Source: Squalus acanthias
Lineage: Eukaryota
Direction: 5' to 3'
Length of the DNA: 64,000 bases
NCBI GenBank assembly: GCA_030390025.1
Contig: CM059433.1
Location: 7,256,001-7,320,000, forward strand
The translations under genes were made by a program, and so were the position numbers. A model generated the notes under the pieces. It saw only the letters and a list, made by a program, of their open reading frames with translations, was not told the DNA's origin and made no database searches. Positions 24,748 through 37,040 of the stretch are shown here, piece by piece (within the stretch, counting starts at the first letter, position 1; each line of letters starts with the position of its first letter).

Positions 24748-25770
24748 GTCATAGAGTCAGCACATAACGGCACAGAAGGAGACCATTCGGCCCATCGAGT
24801 CCATGCCGGCTCTCTGTAGAGCAATCCAGTCAGTCCCATTCCCCCGCTCTATCCCCGTAGCCCTGCAAGTTTATTTCCCTCCAGTATCCAGTCTCCCCTT
24901 GAAAACATTGAGTGTCTCCGCTTCCACCACTTCCGTCGGCAGCGAGTTCCAGGTCTTCACCACTCGCTGAGTAAAAAAGTTTTTCCTCACGTCCCCCCTG
25001 TATCTCTTGCCCAAAACCTTAAATCTGTGTCCCCTAGTCCTTGTACCATCAACTAGTGGGAACAGCCTTTCCCCATCTAGCCTATCCAAACCCGTCCTAA
25101 TCTTGTACACCTCTATCAGATCACCCCGCAACCTCCTTTGCTCTAATGCAAACAAATCCAGCTTCTCCAACCTGTCCTTGTAGCCAAGATCCCCCATCCC
25201 GGGAACCATTCTGGTAAATCTCCTCTGCACCCTTAGAGCAGAGAAGGCTGAGGGGGGACCTGATTGAGGTGTACAAAATTATGAGGGGCATAGATAGGGT
25301 AGATAGAAAGGAACTTTTCCCCTTAGTAGAGGGGTCAATAACCAGGGGCATAGTTTCAAGGTAAGGGGCAGGAGGTTTAGAGGGGATTTGAGGAAAAACT
25401 TTTTCACCCAGAGGGTGGTTGGAATCTGGAACTCACTGCCTGAAAGGGTGGTAGAGGCAGGAACACTCACAACATTCAAGAAGCATTTAGATGAGCACTT
25501 GAAACGCCATAGCATACAAGGCTACGGACCAAGTGCTGGAAAATGGGATTAGAATAGACAGGGCTTGATGGCCGGCGCAGACACAATGGGCCGAAGGGCC
25601 TCTTTCTGTGCTGTATAACTCTATGACCCTCTCAAGGGCCTTCACATCCTTCCTAAAGTGTGGTGACCAGAACTGGACGCAATACTCCAGTTGTGGCCTA
25701 ACCAGCGCTTTATAAAGGTTCAGCGTAACTTCTCTACTTTTGTACTCAATACTTCTATTTATGAATCCCA
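24748..25770 (-). mobile_element. CR1 3' fragment (-) containing a nested CR1 3' fragment (+, about 25234-25625)
   Basis: Opposite-strand LRGDLIEVYK ORFs; accct duplicated on both sides of the inner element. Confidence 0.85.
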
Positions 25771-25991
25771 TATGAGTCACGGGATAGCAATCAGGAATGG
25801 GAACACTGAGGTCAATTGAAGAGCCCCTTACGATCAGCATAGCCTGGGAATCAAACTCAGGACCTTGCTTATGGCTCATTTCAGCCTAGGCAGCGTTCAA
25901 GCCAGCTGAGTCACTGGGATAGTTCCAATAGGCACACACTTGTTAAAAGCTTGTAATGTCTGAGAGCAGAGGTGCAGCGTGCAATGCCTAC

Positions 25992-26140
25992 CTTCCAAAG
26001 CGGAGTCATTTGCTCCAAAAAAGACTGCAACAGCAACAATGGTCTCCTGGTTAGTAGGTTGAGTAATGATCTGTGGCAGAACATTTAGGGCCCATTTTGT
26101 GTTATAGCCTGATAAACCACGGTTCAGCACGTCGCACCTC
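25992..26140 (-). CDS. IAH1: IAH1 exon 3 (SGNH blocks II and III)
   Basis: gcgtag|G...G|gtaggc; [25 protein letters not shown]...[15 protein letters not shown]. Confidence 0.95.
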
Positions 26141-26249
26141 CTACGCAAAAGAAATTAAGATTTTATGTGATAAAATAAGAACAGAAATTGTATCATATAT
26201 GTAAGGCAGCGAATCCACAATGCATTTTCATTCGGGATATGATCTATTC

Positions 26250-26375
26250 GTCATCGACCTGAAACGTTAACTCTGTTTCTCTCTCTCCACAGATGCTGCC
26301 TGACCTGCTGAGTGTTTCCAGCATTTTCTGTTTTTCATTTCAGATTTCCAGCATCCGCAGTATTTTGCTTTTGTA
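26250..26375 (+). mobile_element. Penelope family A pLTR end (partial hammerhead)
   Basis: tcatcgacctgaaacgttaactctgtttctctctccacagatgctgcc...cagtattttgcttttgt, essentially identical to 53938-54057. Confidence 0.85.
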
Positions 26376-26974
26376 TGAGCTATTCTGCTTGCATACTCGT
26401 ACTTGGAAACGGTGCAATTCTGCCGGGAGCAACTGTCACAATGACACCTTTATTACCTTGAGGTTTGACTGCTCTAATGCTCTCCTACCCGACCTCCCCG
26501 CTTCCACCCTCCACAAACTGCAACTCCATTTAGAATGCCACAGCCCTCACTCATCCTTACCTGCTTCCGGTACCGATAACCTTGCTAGGATCCACTGATC
26601 CCCGTACCCTTACGCATCAATTCAAGATCCTCGTTCCTATCAAGTGCCTCCACAGCCAAGTCTCATCCTAGCTCGATATCCTTCACTCCTCTATACCCAT
26701 GCTCACATCCTTCACTCCTTTGATACTGCTGTATTCCCCATTCCTTGTGATCTCTGCTCCAACATAGATGGCTGTCCTTTGTGCTACTGTGCCCCTCTCC
26801 TCTGAAACTCCTTCCACCTTACCACCTCCCTCCCTCCTGTTTTCAAAGACAAATATGAAAGAATTTTCTCTTCATCAGCTCTTTCTGCCCCAGCTGTTAA
26901 CTCCATTGTACCTATTCATTTCCCTCTGCTCAGTGTTCATTTTGCTCTATGATCTGGAACATTTTCTTAGGTGT

Positions 26975-27190
26975 TAGCCGTGGCTCAGAGTTAGAAAGGT
27001 TGTGGGTTCAAGTCCCACTGAAGACTTGAGTGCAAAATCTAGGCCGACACTCTGGTGCTTTACTGAGGGAGTGCTGCACTGTCGGAGGTGCCGTCTTTCA
27101 GATGAGATGTTAAACCGAGGCACCATCTGCCTGCTCAAGTGGATGTAAAAGATTCCATGGCACTATTTTGAAGACGAGCAGGGGAGTTCT
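26975..27190 (+). mobile_element. Deu-type tRNA SINE, 5' half
   Basis: tRNA-like head gtggctcag..gggttcaagtccc; body matches 54950-55150. Confidence 0.8.
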
Positions 27191-27361
27191 AATAGTTGCA
27201 ACGAAGTGCTGTTCTCTTTTTATTGTTTACTTTGGATTTTTTTTAAGTTGCAATTTGGTAGAACTGCAGTACTGTATTAACAATTCTACTGCCAACACAG
27301 CTAATTAAGGTGGACAGCTCCTTTACAGACATCACGTCACATGCAGATATTTTAAACTTAC

Positions 27362-27414
27362 CTAACAAGTCTGTTTGCAATTGCAGCACCCCACCCTCCT
27401 TTCTCAAAGGAACC
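27362..27414 (-). CDS. IAH1: IAH1 exon 2
   Basis: ccttag|GGT...AG|gtaagt; 53 nt, GSFEKGGWGAAIANRLV(R). Confidence 0.92.
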
Positions 27415-27799
27415 CTAAGGAACAATAAGAACACAGTTACACAATTACAGAATCAAAAACAATTTAGGCTTTGCTGCCACTTTTCTGCATCACATCACAT
27501 CACAGACCATCTCAGAGAACTCAGGTGACACAAGTGGTTTTAAGTCAAGTTTTTCTTCTCTTCCTCCAACCCACCAGCCTGGTGAAATGGGGAGGTTTGT
27601 TATTCTGCAGGAGCATCTGACAACGGCTGAAACTCCCCATTAAGGAGTTGGAACTGAGGCTCAAATTCATAGCTTTGTGGCGGGAGTTGAACTGTATTAC
27701 TGCTTGAAACAAAACCAGAAAATGCTGGCAACACTCAGCAGGTTAGAATGTTCCCGTTCTCATCAACGGTCTTCCCCGACCAAGCCTCTCAGATTAGCG

Positions 27800-28880
27800 T
27801 TGAAGGAAAGGGTGCTCAGCGTCCCTGTAGTAATTCCTTGTGGATTCTTGCAGTACTTCTGTGTGTTCAGTGCTCTGGGTTCTGTTCAGTGATGCACGCA
27901 ACACACTAGTCAGCAATGACATCAAACCTCTGGACGAGGCCCCTTGTCCGAGGATGGTACGAGGTGATTTAAGAGGCTTTATTTGACAGTGTTGCCACAA
28001 GTGAATCGCTAATGGGAATCTAATCGGACAGTATCCCTCTGGAAAATGACTACTCATAACAACACATTGGCTCAATGTCCACCGAAGCACTTGACTACTT
28101 GGGACACGTAATTTACCATATGTAGCATTCCCCTGAGTGACTCCTGACAGGCATTTGGGCCTGAGACAGCTAGGCTCGCCTGCTTAAAACTTGTTAATAA
28201 TGGGTAGGGGTTGCAAAGGTGCTTTGTTGTGATCCCTGGTTCATCCATCTACTGACACCGATCACACATCCAACAAAATTCAGCTACGTCATTAGAAATA
28301 CCCGGCCAGTAAAGTGTTGCCACAATTTGTTTTTTTCGTGTTTCACCGCGCCCCTCCCTCGATTTCCTCCGAGACAGATGTTATGGGCTACCTTTAATAA
28401 ATCTTGGCGGTATTCCTGCAGTGCCTTCTCAGTTGGAACGCTTCTGATTCCTATCCCTCAAGTGATGCTAAACCACACTGTTGGATCGAAAACCCCGTCT
28501 GCACAACTGTACCATTCTGCAGGCAGGCCAGCAGTCGCCGACGCCTTATATTGCCTGAATTTGCTCAACCTCTCGCGTTGGATCGATCCGCAAGAGTCTC
28601 AACCAACTCAGTGCAGCTCAACCTAACCGAGGTTGATTGCATCTTGCGATTTATTACGTGGGATGGCATTGGCTCCCTCGCATGCTCCAATGCAGCCGAG
28701 GTCACTGCAGCAGCAGGTGCCTCCTAACCCTGCAGCCTGGCCTGGCCTGGGCCTCTGGTGCCATGTGGGCCGGGTCACTGCTGACGCTGCTGCTGCTTTG
28801 GTCTGGTTCAGAGCCAGAGCCTTTGTCTGACTCAGAGTAACCACACGAGTTTCCTGTCCCTTCATTATATTGGCCACAGA
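27800..28880 (-). mobile_element. decayed Gypsy LTR-retrotransposon integrase region (possibly Gmr1-type)
   Basis: Across frameshifts: YRQDLLKVAHNICLGG, YWPGISNDVAEFCWMCDRCQ (zinc-binding), KAPLQPLPII, TSYHPRTRGLVQRF, EVLQEST. Confidence 0.72.
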
Positions 28881-28929
28881 CTAGATTACAATGGACAATA
28901 AGGAAATGGTAGACTTGTTAAATGAATAT

Positions 28930-29510
28930 TTTTGTATCCATCTTTTTGTTTGAATCTCTCCACTCTGGTTTCTGCCCCACCACAGCAATAAAATGGCCCT
29001 AACCAAATCTACAAATTACATCTTTTGTATCTGTGACGGTGATGGATTATCCCTCCGTGACCTCTCTATACAGCCTTTGACATGGCCAACCACGCCATCC
29101 TCCTTCATTGTCCAGCTTAGCGGGGCTTCTCTCACTTGTTTCCAATTTTACATATCCAATTGTAGCCAAAGTATCTACACAATGGCTTTTCTTGCAGACC
29201 CCGCACCTTTACCGCTGGAGTCCTCCAAGGATCGACCCTTGCCATCGATCCCCTCACCCTCCCTGGTCACTGTCTCAGATTGAAACAGACTGTTTGCAAC
29301 CTTGGCATCCTATTCAATCCTGAGCTGAGATTCTGATCCCATATCCTTTCCACCTCCGTAACACTGCCTGCCTCTGCCCCACCTCAGCTCATCTGCTGCA
29401 GACCCTTATCCATGCCTGTCATCTCCAGACTCGACTATTCCAATGCTGTTCTGGCCTGACTTCTCATCCTCCACGCTATGTAAACTTCAGCTCATCCCAA
29501 ACTCTGAATT
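28930..29510 (+). mobile_element. decayed L2 LINE fragment
   Basis: C-rich L2-like RT C-terminal remnants (ctccagactcgactattccaatgct); similar to 26440-26960 and the reverse of 62490-63390. Confidence 0.55.
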
Positions 29511-30087
29511 ACAAAGTTGCTGCTTACACCTTGTGCTCTCTGTGTATTTCGGGCAGAAAGAGGTGTTTACTCAATAGTTGACAGCTTCAATAAATAAGCT
29601 TCTTGAATAAATGCTACAAATCAATGAAGTGTTGACTGAGATTAATTAATAATATTCTTTGATGTATTCATCCAGTTTGTTTCATAATGTTCAGTTTCTC
29701 ATCTCTCAGATCTCTTACCCTTCTCCTGGCTCTGAATCCTCATCAACTGGGTCAATCGCCCCTACTCCCCCAGAACATTACTGGCTTCCTTCCCTCTGAG
29801 GATGTTCCTCATCTCTAGATGCTCATTTATCTCACTCCCCATGCCAATTCTTCCTCTGTGCTCCTCTCAGATGTGCATGGGATCTCAGCTGCCAGGACAC
29901 CATGAGGTGGGTCTGTGCAGTGCTGCTGCTGCAAAGTACAGGTGCATAGACCTCGGGTGACCACACTCGGATATCCCCACTCTCCAATACTCACTCTCAA
30001 GGCTCAGGCATCACTCACGACTTGGTGGCATAGCGATTCCGTTAAAACCGTCCAATGCATGTAGCGGGCAAATCGCGTTAGCACCAA

Positions 30088-30612
30088 TGCACAAGTAAGG
30101 AGTGTGATGGAATACTCTCCACTTGACTGGATGAGTGCAGCTCCAACAACACTGCAAGAAGCTCGACACCATCCAGGACAAAGCAGCCCGCTTGATTGGC
30201 ACCCCACCCACCCCCTTAAACATTCACTCCCTCCACCACTGGCGTACCGTGGCTGCAGTGTGTACCATCTACAAGATGCACTGCAGCAACTCGCCAAGGC
30301 TTCTTCAGCAGCACCTCCCAAACCCGCGACCTCTTCCACCTAGGAGGACAAGGGCAGCAGGTGGATGGGAACACCACCACCTCCAAGTCACACACCATCC
30401 TGACTTAGAAGTATATCGCCGATCCTTCATCGTCGCTGGGTCAAAATCCTGGAACTCCCTCCCTAACAGCACTGTGGGCGCACCTTCACCACACGGACTG
30501 CAGCGGTGCAAGAAGGCGGCTCACCACCACCTTCTCAAGGGCAACTAGGGATGGGCAATAAATGCTGGCCTTGCCAGCGACGCCCACATCCCATAAATGA
30601 ATTTTTTAAAAA
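30088..30612 (+). mobile_element. LINE family B 3' fragment
   Basis: VMEYSPL.WMSAAPTT..KLDTIQDKAARLIG; stem-loop tail; ends gaattttttaaaaaa. Confidence 0.9.
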
Positions 30613-31083
30613 ATACACCCACTGCAAGCGGTGGGGACTGTACGAGAATACAGAAACCATGCGTCTGCTGGTCTGGGTTTTGCTCTCCTTGTTGTACTAA
30701 TGGCTATTCAACTGCAGGCTGTCAGCACCAAGCCCAATCCTTGGTTTGCCATTCACACAGGGGGCATGGTCCAGCAGTCGGTGGCCAGGGAGAGGGGTTC
30801 CTGGAGGTCTTGTCTTCCCATCCCTTCCCCAGAGACTTACCTCAGCCCGGGCCTGGTGCCAAACCTGGGGAATTTCCTGAGTGCACGTCCCCAATCCCCC
30901 CTGGGCAAGCCTCTGCCGCACTGGAGAGTAAACCTGAGGTGGAGGAGGTGGGGTTGGGGTGGGCCCATTGCCCTGGGTGGCCGGGCCTGGGACTGGCGAG
31001 CTCCCGGTGACGGTGCTGGGTTAAAATACGGCGGAGGGGGAACGCCCAGGCCCCGGGGGAGGGGGGCGGCCGCCTCTCCTTAC

Positions 31084-31143
31084 CTGAGTGATGGAGTCTC
31101 CGAATAAGATGACTCGCGGCCACTCGAAGCCGCAGCCCGACAT
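31084..31143 (-). CDS. IAH1: IAH1 exon 1 coding part (GDS nucleophile motif)
   Basis: ATG TCG GGC...CAG|gtaag; MSGCGFEWPRVILFGDSITQ; the six exons total 717 nt = 238 aa + stop in one frame. Confidence 0.93.
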
Positions 31144-31170
31144 CGCACCGAGTGACCCCTTGCCCTTTGC

Positions 31171-31269
31171 CCCCCGCCCCGGCGGTGCCGACGCTCGACC
31201 TTCCTCCCGCCCCGGCGGTGCCGACGCTCGACCTTCCCCCCGCCCCGGCGGTGCCGACGCTCGACCTTC
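31171..31269. repeat. 33-bp GC-rich tandem repeat x3 just upstream of the IAH1 ATG
   Basis: c(c/t)cccgccccggcggtgccgacgctcgaccttc three times, with one mismatch. Confidence 0.95.
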
Positions 31270-31846
31270 CCCCCCGGACTGTCCCGGGCGGAGCAGAATG
31301 GCAGCGGCTCAGTGAGCACACGGGCCAAATGCGCTTCTCCCATCCTTAGTGGGGGGTGGGGTTCTTCTGTCATTTGTTTTATTTTAAAAATTGACATTTC
31401 TAACCTACCTTATGTCAAGTACTAAAGTCTGGCAAAGTCTACATCAAAACACAGGTTCTAAATGGATTTGGGCCAAGATAGTTACTTTTTAAAAAAATCC
31501 ACAAGACCTAGTACAGACTACAATGCAAAAGTTTATTTTTCCATTGTATTTCTTTCAGAAAATATTACAGGAGTAATTTAAGACATGACATGGTAAGTGT
31601 AACAGGACTTGGGATGAATAGGTGACTTTGGACCTATGGTTCCCAAAGCTTTCCACCACTGGGGGTTTCCCTCCCCTCATGTCTGTTGTAGACTAATTGA
31701 TTGAGAGTGATTGCCATGATTAGTCAACAACTCCATTATTGTTGTATCATGCGACTACCAGGATGCCAGAAGGCGAACTAGATGGACCGTAGTCTTTTTT
31801 TCTTCTAGTAGTTCCTATATTTCCTATTTGCAATGAACATGAATAA

Positions 31847-32100
31847 AAACATAAGAAATAGGAGCAGGAGTAGGCCATTCGCTCCGCCATTCAATAAGAT
31901 CATGGCTGATCTTCTACCACATCTCCACTATTCCCCACATCCCTTGATTCCCTTAATATCCAAAAATCTATCGCTAACAGCCTTGTATATACTCAACGAC
32001 TGAGCCTCCACAGCCCTCTGGGGTAGAGAATTCCAAAGATTCACCACCCTCTGAGTGAAGAAATTTCTCCTCATCTCAGTCCTAAATGGCCGACCCCTTA
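31847..32100 (-). mobile_element. CR1 3' fragment between the CPSF3 3' end and the IAH1 promoter
   Basis: RNFFTQRVVNLWNSLPQ plus tail. Confidence 0.85.
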
Positions 32101-32410
32101 TGAATATTGTACGTTTCTGTTGATGTAACACCTGATAACCAAGACCACACAAGATTTCCCATTGTTGTTCTGAATATTTTATTTAATGAAGAAAAACACC
32201 AATACGGCAGTGAACACCATCCCCATAAGTTATTTTGAAAAAAATCCCCAATCCTGTATGAACCAGACTGTATGACAATGTAATGCGTGCCAGTCATATT
32301 CAAAATAAATAAAACGTAAAAAATTAAACTGGTGTAGAGTTTGCACAAATACTTCCCGCAATCACAACGTATAGTACGTGACAAAAAAAAATGAAGTTTT
32401 GTTAAAAATA

Positions 32411-32416
32411 TTTATT
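32411..32416 (-). promoter_or_regulatory. candidate CPSF3 polyadenylation signal
   Basis: AATAAA on - about 500 nt after the stop, with a U-rich tract downstream; alternatives near 32178 and 31532. Confidence 0.55.
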
Positions 32417-32913
32417 TTTGTAGAAATGTAATTTTTTTTTTTAAACAGGACTGCTTCCATCTTAAAATGCACCTGACAGACACCCCTGTACACTTCTGTT
32501 AAGACTGTCACCACTTATTTTACTGACTGAAGAATCAAATAACCAAATCAGACCGTCTCCTTTCCACTCGTTCAAGATTGACAGCAAAGAAACTGTGGTT
32601 TCAGGAAAATAATTATAGCATGACTGCAAAGTCAACAATAGTGCAGTCTCGGTCTCTGTAATTGTAGCCTAAAGGATGTAATTAACTAGTTTTTCCTTAA
32701 AACAGCTACTGGTGTATTTTGTATTTCTAAAAGTTATTTTAAAGTTGCAACAAAATTCTCATTTTTAGTTTGCCCGCACTAGATCGGATCATTTGCAGCA
32801 TCTACTTATGGGTTTGGCATAACAAAACAGAGGATGTGATTAAAACACTACATCCTACAATTTGAAGACACAAGCAAAGCACGGTTCACATTTAACACTG
32901 GTTTTTCACAATT

Positions 32914-33018
32914 TCAAGAGAGTGCTGGGTGTATTGTTTCATAAAGCCGTTGCACCGCCACCTCTACCATTTCTCGAAGTGGTTCATCCTCCACACTGCC
33001 CTCTTCACACACAACCAT
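32914..33018 (-). CDS. CPSF3: CPSF3 last coding exon
   Basis: ccacag|ATG; MVVCEEGSVEDEPLREMVEVAVQRLYETIHPALS*. Confidence 0.93.
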   Translation of the reverse strand: MVVCEEGSVEDEPLREMVEVAVQRLYETIHPALS

Positions 33019-33289
33019 CTGTGGGGGGGCAAAAATATGAATAGAATTAAGGGAAACTTTAAAAGGCAAGTACACCGCTACTTTTAACAAAACTGCTCCA
33101 CATACTCTTTTCGCCAAAGCTTTTAAAAATCTCCTGCTTTAATGTAAATATTTAAATTTATTTCTTCTCTCGTATGCCAATCTGGAAGTGTTGGATCCGT
33201 GTTACATCCGACAGAGCCACACACTGATGGATCCTGCAGCTGGTTTCAGCTGAGACACACCCTGCTAGATTTGGGTGCCACAGGCGAGG

Positions 33290-33810
33290 TAACATACGAA
33301 CTAGGAGCAGGAGTGGGCCACTCGGCCCTTCGAGCCTGCTCCGCCATTCAATAAGATCATGGCTGATCCGATTACTCCACATTCCCGCCTACCCCCGATA
33401 ACCTTTCACCCCCTTGCTTACCAAGAATCTATCTAACTCTGCCTTAAAAATATTCAAAGACTCTGCTTCCACCGCCCTCTGAGGAAGAGAGTTCCAAAGA
33501 CTCACGACCCTCTGTGAGAAAAAAATTTCTCCTCATCTCTGTCTTAAATGGGCGACCCCTTATTGTTAAACAGTGACCCCGAGTTCTAGATTCTCCCACA
33601 AGAGGAAACATCCTCTCCACATCCACCCTGTCCAGACCCCTCAGGATCTTATATGTTTCAATCAAGTCACCTCTTACTCTTCTAAACTCCAGCCTAGCCT
33701 GTCCAACCTTTCCTCATAAGACAACCTGCCCATTCCAGGTATTAGTCCAGTAAACCTTCTCTGAACTGCTTCCAACGCATTTACATCCTTCCTTAAATAA
33801 GGAGACCAAT
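33290..33810 (-). mobile_element. CR1 3' fragment
   Basis: IETYKILRGLDRVD.. plus tail. Confidence 0.88.
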
Positions 33811-33982
33811 ACGGTAAATAAACCTGAATATCTCCTACAAAGTTTTTTAAAATATATATATTATTTGCCCAGATGGGAATACTTCACATTGAAAGAATTC
33901 CTCCCAAGTTAACACGTAACATGGTTGGAAGAATTTCTCCCTAAATTAGCTTTACTATCTTTTAAATTAAAAGACTTGAAAC

Positions 33983-34462
33983 TAGATTGATTCCTGGGAT
34001 GAGAGGGCTGTCCTATGATGAGAGATTGTGTACAATGGGCCTATACTCTCTGGAGTTTAGAAGAATGAGAGGTGATCTCATTGAAACATACAAGATTCTG
34101 AGGGGGATTGACAGGGTAGATGCTGAGAGGTTGTTTCCCCTGGCTGGAGAGTCTAGAACTAGGGGGCATCGTCTCAGGATAAGGGGTCAGCCATTTAAGA
34201 CTGAGATGAGGAGGAATTTCTTCACTCGGAGGGTTGTGAATCTTTGGAATTCTCTACCCCAGAGGGCTGTGGATGCTGAGTCTTTGAGTATATTCAAGGC
34301 TGAGATCGATAGATTTTTGGACTCTAGGGGAATCAAGGGATATGGAGATCAGGCAGGAAAGTGGAGTTGAGGTAGAAGATCAGCCATGATCTTACTGAAT
34401 GGCGGAGCAGGCTCGAGGGGCCGTATGGCCGACTCCTGCTCCTATTTCTTCTGTTCTTATGT
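33983..34462 (+). mobile_element. CR1 3' fragment
   Basis: LYSLEFRRMRGDLIETYKIL..FFTRRVVNLWNSLP plus tail. Confidence 0.9.
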
Positions 34463-35057
34463 TAAACTGATCAAAGGACAGGCAAAAATTAGGAAGCTTT
34501 TGAATTTTTTTTTTAATTAATCCTCATTAATCTTGGAAAAATAGTTGTCTATTCCTTTTAAATATTTGTGCTCATCAAGGTAATTAGTAACAGGAACGGG
34601 GAACAAAACATTTTTAACACTGTCAGCACCAAACACTCACAGGTCAAGTACATCATGAGCTGAAGGCACAATAAAGCTCCCCAGCAGTGCTCAATGGGCT
34701 TTAATCTCAACCCCAGAACGGATACGCTGCTACACATCCACTTAATGAAAGCTGCATTATTCACCCATCACTCTGTTCCTGGCCCAGCATGGCCCTCCAA
34801 TTAATCCTGAATTATGGGCAATTTTGTGCTGTTGCTATTATGTTCGCTGGAAATTATTTTAGACCGACTGAACACAATTTACTCAGCAGGCAGGGAGGAG
34901 GCTTTAGTCTATTAGTGCTCATATAAACTATTTTAATTCTTCAATTAAACACCTGCATATAACTAGAGTGATACAATCGTATTAGGTCTGTATGATTTTA
35001 TACGACTGTAAGATTGAGAAAAGGTAATGGATTCCATTTTACACAAAGACTCATTTA

Positions 35058-35640
35058 TAAGAACATAAGAAAGACAAGGGCAGCAGGCGCATGGGAACAC
35101 CACCACCTCGACTTAGAAGTATCTCGGCTGTTCCTTCATCGTCGCTGGGTCAAAATCCTGGAACTCCCTCCCTAACAGCACCGTGGGAGTACCTTCACCA
35201 CATGGACTGCAGCGGTTCAAGGTGGCGGCTCACCACCACCTTCTCAAGGGCAACTAAGGATGGGCAATAAATGCTGGCCTTCACAGCGACGCCCACATCC
35301 CATAAACGATTTAAAAAAAAATAGGTGCAGGAATGGGCCATTTGGCCCCTCGAGCCTGCTCCGCCATTCAATAAGATCATGGCTGATCTGATCTTGGCCT
35401 CAACTCCACTTTCCCGCCCGCTCCCCATAACCCTCGACTCCACTGTTTTTCAAAAATCTATATCTCCGCCTTGAATATATTCAATGACTCAGCCTCCACA
35501 GCTCTCTGGGGCAGAGAATTCCAAAGATTTACGACCCTCAGAGAGAAGGAATTCCTCCTCATCTCCGTTTTAAATGGGCGACCGCTTATTCTGAAACTAT
35601 GCCCCCTAGTTCTAGATTCCCCCACGAGGGGAAACATCTG
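35058..35640 (-). mobile_element. CR1 3' fragment (-) with a LINE family B tail (+, about 35072-35320) inserted into its tail
   Basis: aacataagaaa|family-B 3' end..aaaa|ataggtgcagg; the CR1 tail rejoins across the insert. Confidence 0.8.
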
Positions 35641-36254
35641 CATTCTATGTTATGTTAGTTCTATAGTGCAAAGCTTAGAATTAAAAGACTGCAAATGTAG
35701 CCCACAGGCAATATCTGTAGAATGTCAACAAATCTGTAAAGCTGTAACTGTCATCAAATAAAACAGCCTTGGGTAGTTCTAATCTTCTCATGGATACATC
35801 TATAAAGTTTATTCTTTTCTGTACATGTAAATAGATAAGGTGGTTTATGTTATGTCTTGAGACTGCGGTGGAGCCTTTTTGAGTCTTTGGTATATTATGC
35901 TAATAATACCTAAAGTAAAACCAAGCTTGAAGGTCATGGATAAGGTGGTGTGCAATGGCCTTTTAGCTGAATTTAAAAGCGAGACCATTGTAACGTGAGG
36001 TTAGAAGAAATAGGAAGGAGAAAGAAAGTTGAGCTCAACTGGCAATAACAGTGCGTTCTTCTGCGGCAGCATCTTATTTGCTCTCGGTGTTCACTTAACC
36101 CTTAATAAACCTCCAAGTGTTTACCTCCGTGTTTCAAACTCACTCTTGGCACATAGGCACAGGACTGCAGCCTTTGTGCTATTATGAAAAATACATTCGC
36201 AACACTACAAACACAGTCTCTGCTTCTATTCATTTGAAGTCAGAATTATCAAAG

Positions 36255-36715
36255 AAAGAAAAAGAAAGATGTATTTATATAGCGTCTTTCACCACCTCAG
36301 ATGTCCCAAAGTGCTTTTACAGCCAATGAAGTACTTTTCAAGTGTAGTCACTTGTTGTAATGTAGGGAAACGTGGTAGCCAACATGCGCACAGCAAGCTC
36401 TCACAAACAGCAATGTGATAATGACCAGATAATCTGTTTCAGTGATGTTGGTTGAGTGACAAATATTGGCCCGGGACTCCTCTGCTCTTCTTTAGATAGT
36501 GCCAATGGGATCTTTTTACATCCGCCCGAGAGGGCAGACGGGACCTCGATTTAACGCCTCGTCCGAAGAACAGTACTTCCGACAGTGCAACCATCCCTCA
36601 GTACTGCACTGAGGTGTCAGCTTAGATGATGTGCTCAAGTCTCGAGTGGGCCTTGAACCCACGACCTTCTGACTGGGGGGCAAGGGTGCTACCACTGAGC
36701 CACGGCTGACACTGC
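36255..36715 (-). mobile_element. full-length Deu-type tRNA SINE
   Basis: Reverse complement of 54950-55378 including the (TTTC)n tail. Confidence 0.85.
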
Positions 36716-36934
36716 TGAGACTGTACTATTATACACACAATGACCCCGTGCCAGACAAATCTCTGGATCTGAGGCACTTTCCTTTTTAAAACCAGTTTAA
36801 AAATTAATGGTAGATACCTTTAAAACTGAGCAGTTGTGACTTCTGAATGCATCACGATTATAAAACTGAACATTTTGAAACTCTCAGAAGAATTGCAACA
36901 TACAGCCAGATCAAGGTAAGAAATAACAAATTAG

Positions 36935-37040
36935 AAATAACAACAGAAAGTGCTGGAAACACTCAGCATGTCAGGCAGCATCGAGGAGAGAGAAAAACAG
37001 AGTCAACATTTCGGGTCGAACCCTTCGTCAGAACTGCGTC
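36935..37040 (-). mobile_element. Penelope family A pLTR fragment with hammerhead variant
   Basis: AGUU-CUGACGA-A-GGGU(ucg)ACCC-GAAA-UGUU-GACU at about 37001-37036. Confidence 0.7.

Larger units (their letters stand above)
30840..31340. promoter_or_regulatory. CpG/GC-rich island over the IAH1 5' end
   Basis: High GC and CpG density around exon 1 against an AT-rich background; several GC boxes (ccccgcccc). Confidence 0.75.

Noticed and set aside
31171..31269. CRISPR-like repeat
   Set aside because: Head-to-tail units without spacers in a vertebrate promoter
30842..31397. Overlapping repetitive ORFs of 65-159 aa around IAH1 exon 1
   Set aside because: Produced by the GC-rich island and the 33-bp repeat; the real IAH1 frame is a different one. 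An overlapping uORF would need a TSS upstream of 31343, for which there is no evidence
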